IMG/VR virus record: IMGVR_UViG_3300021255_003438
Location: 77,508 to 104,698 of that record
Strand: one strand, 5' to 3'
Origin: a virus
Lineage: Duplodnaviria; Heunggongvirae; Uroviricota; Caudoviricetes
DNA: 27,191 bases
The notes under the pieces were generated by a model that was not told the DNA's origin, searched no databases, and worked only from the letters and a program-made list of their open reading frames with translations. Both the position numbers and the translations under genes were made by a program. Shown piece after piece: positions 1 to 8,106 of the stretch. How positions within the stretch are numbered: position 1 is the first letter of the stretch; each line of letters starts with the position of its first letter.

Positions 1-91
1 GTCTTGACACAGTTTTCTTAGGAGCTACATCTGTTACTTCGTAGTCCTTCACATCAACCACAGTTTCTACTGTTTTAGCCTTAGTTGCCAT
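1..91 (-). CDS. Hypothetical protein, N-terminal part only (runs off the window start)
   Basis: My translation: ATG at 91, MATKAKTVETVVDVKDYEVTDVAPKKTVSR..., open to base 1. It lies directly downstream of the promoter at 130-161 and is not in the ORF track. Confidence 0.75.
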   Translation of the reverse strand, partial: MATKAKTVETVVDVKDYEVTDVAPKKTVSR

Positions 92-129
92 ATTATTCTA
101 AAAATTAAAGTTATTATTCAACATTTTTG

Positions 130-161
130 CAAATATATGAAAAATAATTGAAATAGCCAAA
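130..161 (-). promoter_or_regulatory. Bacteroidota sigma-A promoter P1
   Basis: Minus strand TTTG (161-158), 20 nt, TATATTTG (137-130), then CA. Matches the established Bacteroides -33 TTTG / -7 TAnnTTTG consensus. Confidence 0.85.
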
Positions 162-187
162 ATTTAAGCGTTAAAAAATATGAATTC

Positions 188-223
188 ATAAAATACTACC
201 CACCTTTAATGATGGGTAGTATT
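188..223 (-). terminator. Intrinsic terminator after ssb
   Basis: Perfect 11-bp inverted repeat AATACTACCCA (192-202) / TGGGTAGTATT (213-223), followed by a T run on the minus strand, 10 nt after the ssb stop. Confidence 0.8.
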
Positions 224-232
224 AAATGTTAA

Positions 233-661
233 TTAAAATGGTAAATCATCAGCTTCGTTTGTTTCATTTTTTGCAGTGGCTGCTGCAACTGCTGGTTCCT
301 TTTTCTTGAAAGTTCCTGTTTCAGCAACTGCTTCATTAGACTGAGTGCCACCGCTATTGCTTGATACAAAATCAACTCGGTCTGCGAACACTGAAACGTC
401 TATTGCAGACTCTCCGTTCTTAGTCTTGTACAAAGAATACTTAGGCGTACCATTAATGATTACTTGGCTACCCTTTTTCAAGTGCTCTGCCATTTTAACC
501 GCTCTCTCACCACCCCATAGGACACTAATCCATGTGGTAAGATTCTCTCCACCAATGAAGTCATTGCTAGCGACTCTCATTGATAAAAACTGTTTTCCGT
601 TTTTTGAAGTCTTGAGTTCAGAATCAGCCCCAAGTCTTCCGATTATTTGTAAGTATTGCAT
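233..661 (-). CDS. ssb: Single-stranded DNA-binding protein
   Basis: OB-fold pattern (IIGRLGAD...HLKKGSQVIING), flexible tail and acidic C-terminus DDLPF. Confidence 0.92.
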   Translation of the reverse strand: MQYLQIIGRLGADSELKTSKNGKQFLSMRVASNDFIGGENLTTWISVLWGGERAVKMAEHLKKGSQVIINGTPKYSLYKTKNGESAIDVSVFADRVDFVSSNSGGTQSNEAVAETGTFKKKEPAVAAATAKNETNEADDLPF

Positions 662-668
662 GTTTTAA

Positions 669-932
669 TTAGTTTTTTAAATATAACACTAAAAATTTAT
701 TATCTTCTGTAAAAGCCCAACCTTGTTTTTTCAATGTTTCCAATTCACTTGATGGAAAATCCGATTCAAGTAACTCATTAACATTTATTTCGTAATAATA
801 ATCAAGAGTTTGAAAATCCATTTGCAAATTGACATTCACAAATTTATAAATGTTAACCAATTCTGCTGTACTAACTGAACAGTATTCTACTTTGTTGTCC
901 TTTAACGTTTCCTTTAACTCCTCTAAACTCAT
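669..932 (-). CDS. Hypothetical protein (87 aa, acidic)
   Basis: ATG ORF between promoter P2 and ssb, co-oriented with 7-nt spacing. No recognisable motif. Confidence 0.75.
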   Translation of the reverse strand: MSLEELKETLKDNKVEYCSVSTAELVNIYKFVNVNLQMDFQTLDYYYEINVNELLESDFPSSELETLKKQGWAFTEDNKFLVLYLKN

Positions 933-952
933 ATTTTACTATTTTAACATTG

Positions 953-984
953 CAAAGATATACTTTTTATTTTAAAAAACCAAA
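953..984 (-). promoter_or_regulatory. Bacteroidota sigma-A promoter P2
   Basis: TTTG (984-981), 20 nt, TATCTTTG (960-953), CA; 21 nt upstream of the ATG at 932. Confidence 0.85.
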
Positions 985-1011
985 ATATTTATAGTAAAAT
1001 TTACAAGAAAT

Positions 1012-1509
1012 ATGAAAAAACCTAGTAAAATTATAGCAGTAACGGCTAAAATAGCCTTTTTGCTACCTTCAAGATTCAGAGCAATAACCCTTTTTGGCGT
1101 TGCTTATTGCAATAAAGCTAAAGACGCACAAGAAATAAACAAAAGCGGCGATAAAATTGACAGCGTTCTAAAATGCCATGAAACAATTCATGTTAGGCAA
1201 GCAGAAATCACTAAAAACTCTTGGTTCTTGTATTATCTAAAGTATTTATGGCAATGGATATGCAATTTCCCATTGGTATTTGTTGGTTGGCACATGGCTT
1301 ACAAGTTCATACCATTTGAACTAGAGGCATATGCAAATGAAGCAAATTACGAATATGCTTATGGCAAGGCCGAACAATGGAAATTATTTAAGCAATTAAC
1401 GTTAAAAGAAAAACGTAAATATGCAAAAGAATATAAAAATTCTCTTTACACATTTAGACGTTTTATAAATGACGTTATGTTACCAGAAATGATTGGAGGT
1501 TACTATTAA
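1012..1509 (+). CDS. Putative zincin-like metallopeptidase (HExxH)
   Basis: HETIH motif, a hydrophobic helix, then FELEAY as a possible third ligand. The substrate is unknown. Confidence 0.6.
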   Translation: MKKPSKIIAVTAKIAFLLPSRFRAITLFGVAYCNKAKDAQEINKSGDKIDSVLKCHETIHVRQAEITKNSWFLYYLKYLWQWICNFPLVFVGWHMAYKFIPFELEAYANEANYEYAYGKAEQWKLFKQLTLKEKRKYAKEYKNSLYTFRRFINDVMLPEMIGGYY

Positions 1510-1526
1510 CCTCCAATCATTTTTTA
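1487..1526. terminator. Probable bidirectional terminator between convergent genes
   Basis: Perfect 16-bp inverted repeat AAATGATTGGAGGTTA (1487-1502) / TAACCTCCAATCATTT (1507-1522), 4-nt loop, T run on the + side. Confidence 0.85.
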
Positions 1527-1586
1527 TTATTCCTTTTAATTTACTCAGCAGCTTTGATGTTCATACGAGGTTTTTTTACATTCTTT

Positions 1587-1844
1587 TTAGAATTTAATGG
1601 TTTTGACGTAGTTTGTTCCTTTGAACTTGTTGTGAACATCTTGAAGAAGGTCATGAGACTCTTGCTTCATCTGCTTTACAACATTTTCCAAAGCACTGAT
1701 ACACTCACTAGCATTGCGAAGACTTGCGATAGCGTAGTCAAAACTACCGTTATCCTCGCCATTCCTTTTCACTTCCGTTTTGGCTTGGTCAAGTCGCATG
1801 TTGAAGTTGCCAACACACGCTTCAACGTAAAATTCATCTATCAT
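1587..1844 (-). CDS. Hypothetical protein (85 aa)
   Basis: ATG ORF starting 7 nt after the nadE stop and ending before the terminator. Codon usage resembles nadE. Confidence 0.75.
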   Translation of the reverse strand: MIDEFYVEACVGNFNMRLDQAKTEVKRNGEDNGSFDYAIASLRNASECISALENVVKQMKQESHDLLQDVHNKFKGTNYVKTIKF

Positions 1845-1851
1845 AGTTGTA

Positions 1852-2760
1852 TTACATTAAATTACCGTTCTTCTCAAGAATGTTGCCATTATAAATGTCA
1901 ATCACAAAAGGACGCTGCTTGCGCTTAAATTCAGAGCGTACACAACGCATAATAACTGATTCTACAGTTTCGTATCCATGCTTCTCACAAAGCTTCTTGA
2001 ACACGCCATAGTCAAAATAATTCGCTAGCACATGGCTCTTAATCCTAGAATCGAGGCCAACCCATGCGTGCAGAATCTCATCAACATCGTCATAGGTCTT
2101 TCCTGGTGCAATCTGAGCCAAGTCACCACCAGCCTTTACACCATTACCATCGGTAGGTATAATTGCAATTGCGGCCTCAAGTGCCTTTGAATTCTTGTAG
2201 ATGTTTTCCTTCATCCACTTGGCAAGACCATACACCTCATGCTTCCACAAGCAACCAATGGGATTGAAATCACCATCATCGCCATGAAGAGTCCAGAAAC
2301 CAAGGAAATGCTCTGTAAGGTTGTCAGTATCAACAACAATGCCTCCCATCCTTGAGGCAATATCATATAGTGTAATCATACGCAAACGAGCTTTGATGTT
2401 GCCCCTTGATATAGGAGTGGCATCTATGTTATGGAGAGTTCCCCTACAGAAATCCTCTACAGTTTCGTAAACTTCCTCAAGATTTATCTCTTCGAAGGTG
2501 GTGCAGAACTCATTCCCAGCGAGCGTTGCAGAACTAACCTCGTCAGTACCATTTGTGGAACAAGGTAGACTAACACCAATAAGAGGAATGTCAACTTGCT
2601 TACACAATGCGGCACACACAGTGGAATCAATGCCGCCACTAATACCTAGAACTAATGTTTTAAGATTGTTATTCTTAACATACTCCTTGATGCCGTTCTC
2701 AAGAAGATTAAAAACCTTTGCATAATCCAAAGGTTCTGTACGATAACAGCTAATGTTCAT
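1852..2760 (-). CDS. nadE: NH3-dependent NAD+ synthetase
   Basis: PP-loop SGGIDS, GNIKARLRM and GFWTLHGD-GDFNPIG-LWKHEVY motifs of the NadE family. At 302 aa it has no glutaminase domain. Confidence 0.9.
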   Translation of the reverse strand: MNISCYRTEPLDYAKVFNLLENGIKEYVKNNNLKTLVLGISGGIDSTVCAALCKQVDIPLIGVSLPCSTNGTDEVSSATLAGNEFCTTFEEINLEEVYETVEDFCRGTLHNIDATPISRGNIKARLRMITLYDIASRMGGIVVDTDNLTEHFLGFWTLHGDDGDFNPIGCLWKHEVYGLAKWMKENIYKNSKALEAAIAIIPTDGNGVKAGGDLAQIAPGKTYDDVDEILHAWVGLDSRIKSHVLANYFDYGVFKKLCEKHGYETVESVIMRCVRSEFKRKQRPFVIDIYNGNILEKNGNLM

Positions 2761-2761
2761 A

Positions 2762-3418
2762 TTATACAGTTTTAATTATTTCGTCAATTCTTTCTTTTAC
2801 AACAGAATATGGCTCAATATTGCCACTATCTTCAATTAAATCCCAACCCAAAATTGGACAGCCGTATTCATCATCATATTCAACCGTAATACATACTACC
2901 CTACCACCATCCCCAATGGATTCTTTAATGTTACTACCATAGTCTGTATTCTTTGATGAAAGCGGCTCTCCTTTATCATCCTTTACCCCAAGAGAGTTCA
3001 AGGACTTGATGCACGATTTAATATCCTTATTGGAAGATAGTGTGAATGTCAGTTTATCCTTTGTTTCGACTAGATACTTCAAAAACATTTTTGCCTTGCT
3101 CTTGAGTATCTGAAAACAAACAGTTACTTCACCACTGTCTTTATCTTCTGGTTTCGAATATCTAACAACAATATCGTTATTGTCCTTGAAATATTCAGCT
3201 GCCATAAACATCGTCTTTGAAAAGGCTCTTGCTGACGTAAAGCTACTAGCCTTGAAAGTAATAGGCTCAACAGTGATTTCAGTTTCTTTGATTTTGTCCA
3301 TCACAATATTGGCCTCTTCAAGTGCAGTCTTATTCTTAAAGTCTAACTCTTCATCAGACATACAATGTGTTATAGCCCATTCAATGAGCCATTCAGTTGT
3401 TAGATATTCCATCTTCAA
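2762..3418 (-). CDS. Hypothetical protein (218 aa)
   Basis: Long ORF with its stop 1 nt before the nadE start; overlaps the upstream ORF. No motif recognised. Confidence 0.8.
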   Translation of the reverse strand: MKMEYLTTEWLIEWAITHCMSDEELDFKNKTALEEANIVMDKIKETEITVEPITFKASSFTSARAFSKTMFMAAEYFKDNNDIVVRYSKPEDKDSGEVTVCFQILKSKAKMFLKYLVETKDKLTFTLSSNKDIKSCIKSLNSLGVKDDKGEPLSSKNTDYGSNIKESIGDGGRVVCITVEYDDEYGCPILGWDLIEDSGNIEPYSVVKERIDEIIKTV

Positions 3419-3992
3419 TAGCTTTTTTAAGTATATCAGTGCATCCTATTTTAATAACAGTTGGGAGAAGTCCTCTTTTACCAAATCCACTACAAAAATC
3501 AACAAATTTCATAGAAGAAAGAAGATATTCTTTACGAACATTGATGCCTAAATCAACCCTTATAAAATCTTCGTCAATATAAGGCTTACCATCGAAAGTT
3601 TCATGGAAATTAGTGAAGAAAGAAAATGAATAATTACGATGGTTTAAATCATGGATTGAAATGCACCCAGAGATAATTCCATGTCCTCCATCATTATATT
3701 CACCCCAATCTATTTCATTTATTCGCAAACAAAATGTAATATACTGATATTGCTTTGTAATATCATCAGAAACTGATAAAAAATCAATTTCTCTAAAAAT
3801 TTTTCGATGATAATCATCCCAATAACGTTGTTCGTAAGCATAACAAGTAGGTGTTTTACCGCTACCAAATAAAAAATTATATTCTTTAAAATTTGGAACA
3901 AGAATCAAGCAGCTATCTTCCCACGAATGGCATACCTTTGTTAAAAACCCATTTTCTTTAACAATTTCTTTAATTTGTTCTTCGCTGTACAT
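3393..3992 (-). CDS. Hypothetical protein (199 aa)
   Basis: First ORF after promoter P3; AT-rich codons. No motif recognised. Confidence 0.8.
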   Translation of the reverse strand: MYSEEQIKEIVKENGFLTKVCHSWEDSCLILVPNFKEYNFLFGSGKTPTCYAYEQRYWDDYHRKIFREIDFLSVSDDITKQYQYITFCLRINEIDWGEYNDGGHGIISGCISIHDLNHRNYSFSFFTNFHETFDGKPYIDEDFIRVDLGINVRKEYLLSSMKFVDFCSGFGKRGLLPTVIKIGCTDILKKAIEDGISNN

Positions 3993-4014
3993 ATTGATTG
4001 ACTTTTATTTTTTG

Positions 4015-4046
4015 CAAATATACGAAAAAAAGTTGGATTAACCAAA
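4015..4046 (-). promoter_or_regulatory. Bacteroidota sigma-A promoter P3 (its -33 lies inside a terminator hairpin)
   Basis: TTTG (4046-4043), 20 nt, TATATTTG (4022-4015), CA. Confidence 0.88.
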
Positions 4047-4063
4047 CGATTAACCCAACTTTT
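4025..4063 (-). terminator. Terminator after tyrS, fused to promoter P3
   Basis: Minus-strand RNA AAAAGUUGGGUUAA...UUAAUCCAACUUUU gives 14 pairs including one G-U, followed by a U tract. Confidence 0.75.
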
Positions 4064-4110
4064 AACATTTTTTGCCAATTGGCATAATGATAGAAAAAGT
4101 CGATTTTTTT

Positions 4111-5382
4111 TTAATTTTTCATAACAACTAGGCAATAGTCCTTTTTACCTTTCTGTAGAAGAACATATTTACCCCAATGGTTAGTAAACACCGCTTTTTC
4201 ATCGTTTACCTTCTCTCTGTTGACTGAAAAGCCGTTTGCCTTGATGAGCTTACGAGCCTCGGACTTTGAAGGAACTTTGTCATGCATGAGAGCTAAGTCT
4301 AGGGCTGTAATGCCGTTAATTTTGTCCTTTTCAACCTCAATGGTTGTTACCTCTGACTTAATGGCTTCCCAACCATTTTCATCAAGTTCCGATACAGGCA
4401 GGCCACCAAACAGAAAGTCAGTTGCTTGCTGAACTCCAACCAACGCATCCTTGCCATGCACAAGTTCAGTCATGTATTTAGCAAGCTTATTCTGTAGCAA
4501 ACGTTTGCTTGGGTTCTCACGATGCTGTTTAATCATTTCGTTAATCTCGTCAAGAGGAATGAGTGTAAACAGCTTAATGAAACGTTCAGAGTCTTCGTCA
4601 GACTGATTCAGCCAAAATTGATAGAATTCGTATGGACTTGTCTTTTCTGCGTCAAGCCAAATATTACCCTTCTCTGACTTGCCGAACTTCGTACCGTCAG
4701 CCTTGGTTACAAGAGGCCATGTAATCATGCAAGCATCTGTGCCGCCAACCATCTTACGGATAAGCTCAATGCCAGTTGTACCATTACCGTATTGGTCACT
4801 GCCACCAATCTGCAACTTACAGTTGTACTTTCTGTAAAGCTCTACAAAATCGTAGCCTTGAATCAACTGATAAGTGAACTCGGTGAATGACATACCGTTA
4901 CCATCACGCTCAAGACGTTTTTTAACAGACTCTTTTGCCATCATGTAGTTTACGCTGATACACTTACCCACCTCACGCGCAAAGTCAATGAATGAAAAAT
5001 CTTTCATCCAATCATAGTTATTCACCATGATTGCGCCATTTGGCTCAGTTGAATTAAAATCAAGCAGCTTGCTCACTTGGGCGTGAATACCCTTAATGTT
5101 ATTTGCCACAGTCTCAGCACTAAGCAGTTTACGTTCCTCTGCCTTAAACGAAGGGTCTCCGATAAATGCCGTAGCACCGCCTAAAAGAACGATAGGCTTA
5201 TGGCCATACTTCTGCAACAGTTTAGCGGTTGTAAAGGCAAGCAAATGACCTAAATGAAGGCTATCTGCTGTAGGGTCAGTACCCACGTAAAACACGGTTG
5301 GTGTCTTTAGCAATTCCTCTAGATTGCCAGAGGTGCTTGCAAGAAGACCTCTTTCTTTAAGTTCTGAAATTAATGGATTCAT
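4111..5382 (-). CDS. tyrS: Tyrosyl-tRNA synthetase (bacterial type, C-terminal S4 domain)
   Basis: YVGTDPTADSLHLGH (HIGH), FTYQLIQGYDF, QIGGSDQ, KFGKS (KMSKS) and S4-like SKSEARKLIKANG. Confidence 0.95.
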   Translation of the reverse strand: MNPLISELKERGLLASTSGNLEELLKTPTVFYVGTDPTADSLHLGHLLAFTTAKLLQKYGHKPIVLLGGATAFIGDPSFKAEERKLLSAETVANNIKGIHAQVSKLLDFNSTEPNGAIMVNNYDWMKDFSFIDFAREVGKCISVNYMMAKESVKKRLERDGNGMSFTEFTYQLIQGYDFVELYRKYNCKLQIGGSDQYGNGTTGIELIRKMVGGTDACMITWPLVTKADGTKFGKSEKGNIWLDAEKTSPYEFYQFWLNQSDEDSERFIKLFTLIPLDEINEMIKQHRENPSKRLLQNKLAKYMTELVHGKDALVGVQQATDFLFGGLPVSELDENGWEAIKSEVTTIEVEKDKINGITALDLALMHDKVPSKSEARKLIKANGFSVNREKVNDEKAVFTNHWGKYVLLQKGKKDYCLVVMKN

Positions 5383-5412
5383 CTGTATTTTATTTTAATA
5401 TTAAAGGTTTTA

Positions 5413-5574
5413 CTACAATGTTTCTGCATAAACCACCAATCTTTTTTTCCTTATTATGGAATCAGAAATAGCGGCTAACTGTTCATATGTTAGGCTTCCC
5501 TTTTTTGCCTTAGAAGAAGAATTTATCCTATTTCTTTTCCTTTTTGATTTACTTTTCTTGAAAAAAAAGAACAT
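5413..5574 (-). CDS. Small basic protein (53 aa), not in ORF track
   Basis: My translation: MFFFFKKSKSKKEKNRINSSSKAKKGSLTYEQLAAISDSIIRKKRLVVYAETL, ending TAG TAA. It fills the gap between promoter P4 and tyrS. Confidence 0.55.
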   Translation of the reverse strand: MFFFFKKSKSKRKRNRINSSSKAKKGSLTYEQLAAISDSIIRKKRLVVYAETL

Positions 5575-5610
5575 GATTATATTACTATTTATTGTTTACA
5601 ATTTTCAGTG

Positions 5611-5642
5611 CAAATATATATAAAAAAAATTACAATTACAAG
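5611..5642 (-). promoter_or_regulatory. Bacteroidota sigma-A promoter P4 (degenerate -33)
   Basis: CTTG (5642-5639), 20 nt, TATATTTG (5618-5611), CA. Spacing is the same as in the other copies. Confidence 0.75.
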
Positions 5643-5661
5643 ATAGTTAACATTGTTTAAC

Positions 5662-5694
5662 AAAAAAATGAGCATCGACTTTCGTCAATGCTCA
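5662..5694 (-). terminator. Intrinsic terminator after the DUF2828 gene
   Basis: RNA UGAGCAUUGAC-GAAA-GUCGAUGCUCA (11 pairs, one G-U, GNRA loop) followed by 7 U. Confidence 0.9.
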
Positions 5695-5720
5695 CGGAAA
5701 CAGTAAAAGTATGGAATCAG

Positions 5721-7394
5721 TTACATATTGATGTAACTAAGAATCTCTTGGTTAAGAGCCTTTGCGACAATCTCTTCTGCGGTGAGATTCCTAGCCTTTC
5801 CAGTCTTTTCGTCAATGACCTTATCTTCTCCAAGAAGCATACTTATAATGCTTCCGTCAAAGCCTGAGAAGAATGTGCATCCAGCCTCGATAGCACTACC
5901 CTCAAAGTCTTGCGTCCTACGTGAAGCGCAATCCCACCAAATCCACTTCATATTGTCCACAAAGTCACTTGGGAACACAGTCTTCAATGACCTTACAGAA
6001 TACTCGTAGTTGGTAGGCTCTGTACGCCTTGAACGCCAACCATAGCCAACAGGATTGAACTGCATATCACTGACAACTAGGATGGTTGTAGGATACTGCT
6101 CAAGAGGAATCTCTGGGTGCTCCTTCCTAATCTTGATGATTTCATCAACGGCAGATTGGAAGTTAGTGCCACCACAGCCCACACTTGGAAGGTTCATAAT
6201 GCGGTCACAGAATGACTCGCCCTTCATATCATAAGGATATGACACGTCATCGAACATGATGACCTTGTTGTGAAAAGGTCCACTGTTAAGGTCAGCGAAG
6301 AACAATGCAAGTGAACTTGCAATATCTTCACATGTGATGTTTTTGAGACCATCTACTCCTCTGTTCATAGAACCACTAGTGTCTAGGCAGCACCATACGT
6401 TCTCGGTAATCTTACCATCGGCACGAGCCTTGTCAACAAGACCCTTGAACTGTGCGTCAAGTGTGTGTTTAACCTCAATAGGGATGTTCTTACTGCCACA
6501 ATAGTAGCCCCTACTACCGCGTGCCTCACGCAGCTTACGAGCAAGCTCAAAGACATATCCAGTAAACTTAGCCACTGGCTGTTGCATAATCCACTTGGTG
6601 TAGTCATCCTTCAAATTGTGGTTTGAAAGGAATTTAGAGGTCACAAGGAGGTTAAGAGCACGTCCTGGAATGTGATTCCAATTCAAAGCCTCATAGTTAC
6701 GAGAACAGATGAGCTTTTGGAAATCATGGCCATTACCACTAGTCTTAAGCTTGTTGTACTCCTTATAGGTAAGACCCATGTGCTCTGCAAACTCCTTTGC
6801 AAGGCTGTTGGTAATCTTAGTCCAAGGAGTCTTACACTTGCTCTGAGACTTGATGCGAGGCATATACTTCTTCACAAGGTCAACATGAGTGTCGCAAAGA
6901 AGACCTTGTGCAATAATCTCATAAATGGTTTTACGGTTGACCACATTGGTAGCTTCATTGATGTCGTAGAACATCAACGTCCACAAGTCCTTCCAAGAAC
7001 CAACAAGAGGCAATGCCCAAATGTTGTTGTTGAAAGTCTCAATATGCTCTTTAGCAATCCAAAGCAAACGCTTGAATGACTCGTCACGAGCACCTTGTCC
7101 GTTCTGAACCTTATCGGTCTCATTGTCAGCGTTCACCTTCACCTTACGAGTAATCATACGTAGGTAGAATGGGAAACGCAAAGCGGCCTCTGCATTCTCA
7201 GCCCAAATCTGAGCTTGGTCTGCAAATACCTCTGCAATAGGACGGCCTCTAAAGTTGCCAGCCTTGCCAAACTGGTCAACAATTGCGCTGCCAGTTGATA
7301 CGTTTGTTACTGCGCCATTCTCGGTCAAAGTGGTTGACTTGTAGTTAACGGCATTGATAAACGCATTCGTCTTAGTTGCTGTCTTTGTATTCAT
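5721..7394 (-). CDS. DUF2828-family protein with C-terminal VWA domain (TROVE/Ro60-like architecture)
   Basis: N-terminal TLTENGA, GSWKDL, KYMPR and C-terminal MIDAS elements LDTSGSM, GTNFQ and VVSDMQF. The family was recognised from these motifs, not from an HMM search. Confidence 0.8.
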   Translation of the reverse strand: MNTKTATKTNAFINAVNYKSTTLTENGAVTNVSTGSAIVDQFGKAGNFRGRPIAEVFADQAQIWAENAEAALRFPFYLRMITRKVKVNADNETDKVQNGQGARDESFKRLLWIAKEHIETFNNNIWALPLVGSWKDLWTLMFYDINEATNVVNRKTIYEIIAQGLLCDTHVDLVKKYMPRIKSQSKCKTPWTKITNSLAKEFAEHMGLTYKEYNKLKTSGNGHDFQKLICSRNYEALNWNHIPGRALNLLVTSKFLSNHNLKDDYTKWIMQQPVAKFTGYVFELARKLREARGSRGYYCGSKNIPIEVKHTLDAQFKGLVDKARADGKITENVWCCLDTSGSMNRGVDGLKNITCEDIASSLALFFADLNSGPFHNKVIMFDDVSYPYDMKGESFCDRIMNLPSVGCGGTNFQSAVDEIIKIRKEHPEIPLEQYPTTILVVSDMQFNPVGYGWRSRRTEPTNYEYSVRSLKTVFPSDFVDNMKWIWWDCASRRTQDFEGSAIEAGCTFFSGFDGSIISMLLGEDKVIDEKTGKARNLTAEEIVAKALNQEILSYINM

Positions 7395-7432
7395 CTTTTT
7401 TGCTGTTTTTGTTTCACGTTTAAATTACTTTG

Positions 7433-7464
7433 CAAATATATGAAAAAAAATTGGAATAACCAAA
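7433..7464 (-). promoter_or_regulatory. Bacteroidota sigma-A promoter P5
   Basis: TTTG (7464-7461), 20 nt, TATATTTG (7440-7433), CA. Confidence 0.88.
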
Positions 7465-7533
7465 TGTTTTAACACTTTTTTTCAAAAAAAATTGTATTTA
7501 TATGTATATATAACGTTATAAATGTAGTTTATT

Positions 7534-8073
7534 ATGAATAGAATTGATAATATAATTAACGAAGAGATTAATAAAGCTATTATTACAGAAGGAGTGCTAG
7601 ATTATATACGTAACCTTTTTAGAAATTTTACGCATAAGCCTCATAAAAAAAATGGCAATGATGAAAACATTGATAAAAATGATAATAGAGGAAAAGAAAC
7701 TAAGCCTAAAGAAATTAAATCTAAAGAAGAAATTCGTAAAGAAAGAAAACTTAAGAAAAAACTTGAAAAAAAGAAAAAAGGTAGGAAAAAACGCCGTAAC
7801 CTAGTAAATGGTGGCTACAAATATTATGATTATGATGACTATGAGAAAAAACACAGAAAAATCAGTAAAGGCGATATAGATTCTATCATTGATAGTATTG
7901 ACCAAGAGAAAACTAACATAGCAGCTATTGCTAGAGAGTTATTCCCTGACCATACAGAAGAAGGTGCTCAATCACAACTTAGGAAAATCTTGAATCATGA
8001 ACGCCCTTGTCCAAAGGATATAGCTTCAAAAATTGAAAAAATGATAGCAGCTGGTAAAATAGCAGTTAAATAA
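7534..8073 (+). CDS. Lys-rich protein with possible C-terminal helix-turn-helix domain
   Basis: Central K/R-rich tract; the C-terminal NIAAIARELFP...SQLRKILNHERP resembles an XRE-type HTH. ATG to TAA, followed by a terminator. Confidence 0.6.
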   Translation: MNRIDNIINEEINKAIITEGVLDYIRNLFRNFTHKPHKKNGNDENIDKNDNRGKETKPKEIKSKEEIRKERKLKKKLEKKKKGRKKRRNLVNGGYKYYDYDDYEKKHRKISKGDIDSIIDSIDQEKTNIAAIARELFPDHTEEGAQSQLRKILNHERPCPKDIASKIEKMIAAGKIAVK

Positions 8074-8102
8074 AAGGAATGTATTTTGTACATTCCTTTT
8101 TT
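8072..8102. terminator. Bidirectional terminator between convergent genes
   Basis: Perfect 12-bp inverted repeat AAAAGGAATGTA (8072-8083) / TACATTCCTTTT (8089-8100). Confidence 0.85.
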
Positions 8103-8106
8103 ATGT

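Noticed and set aside
5383-5720. tRNA, Y-RNA, T-box or attenuator between DUF2828 and tyrS
   Set aside because: The space is accounted for by a terminator, a promoter and a small ORF. No cloverleaf, T-box motif or alternative hairpin was found.
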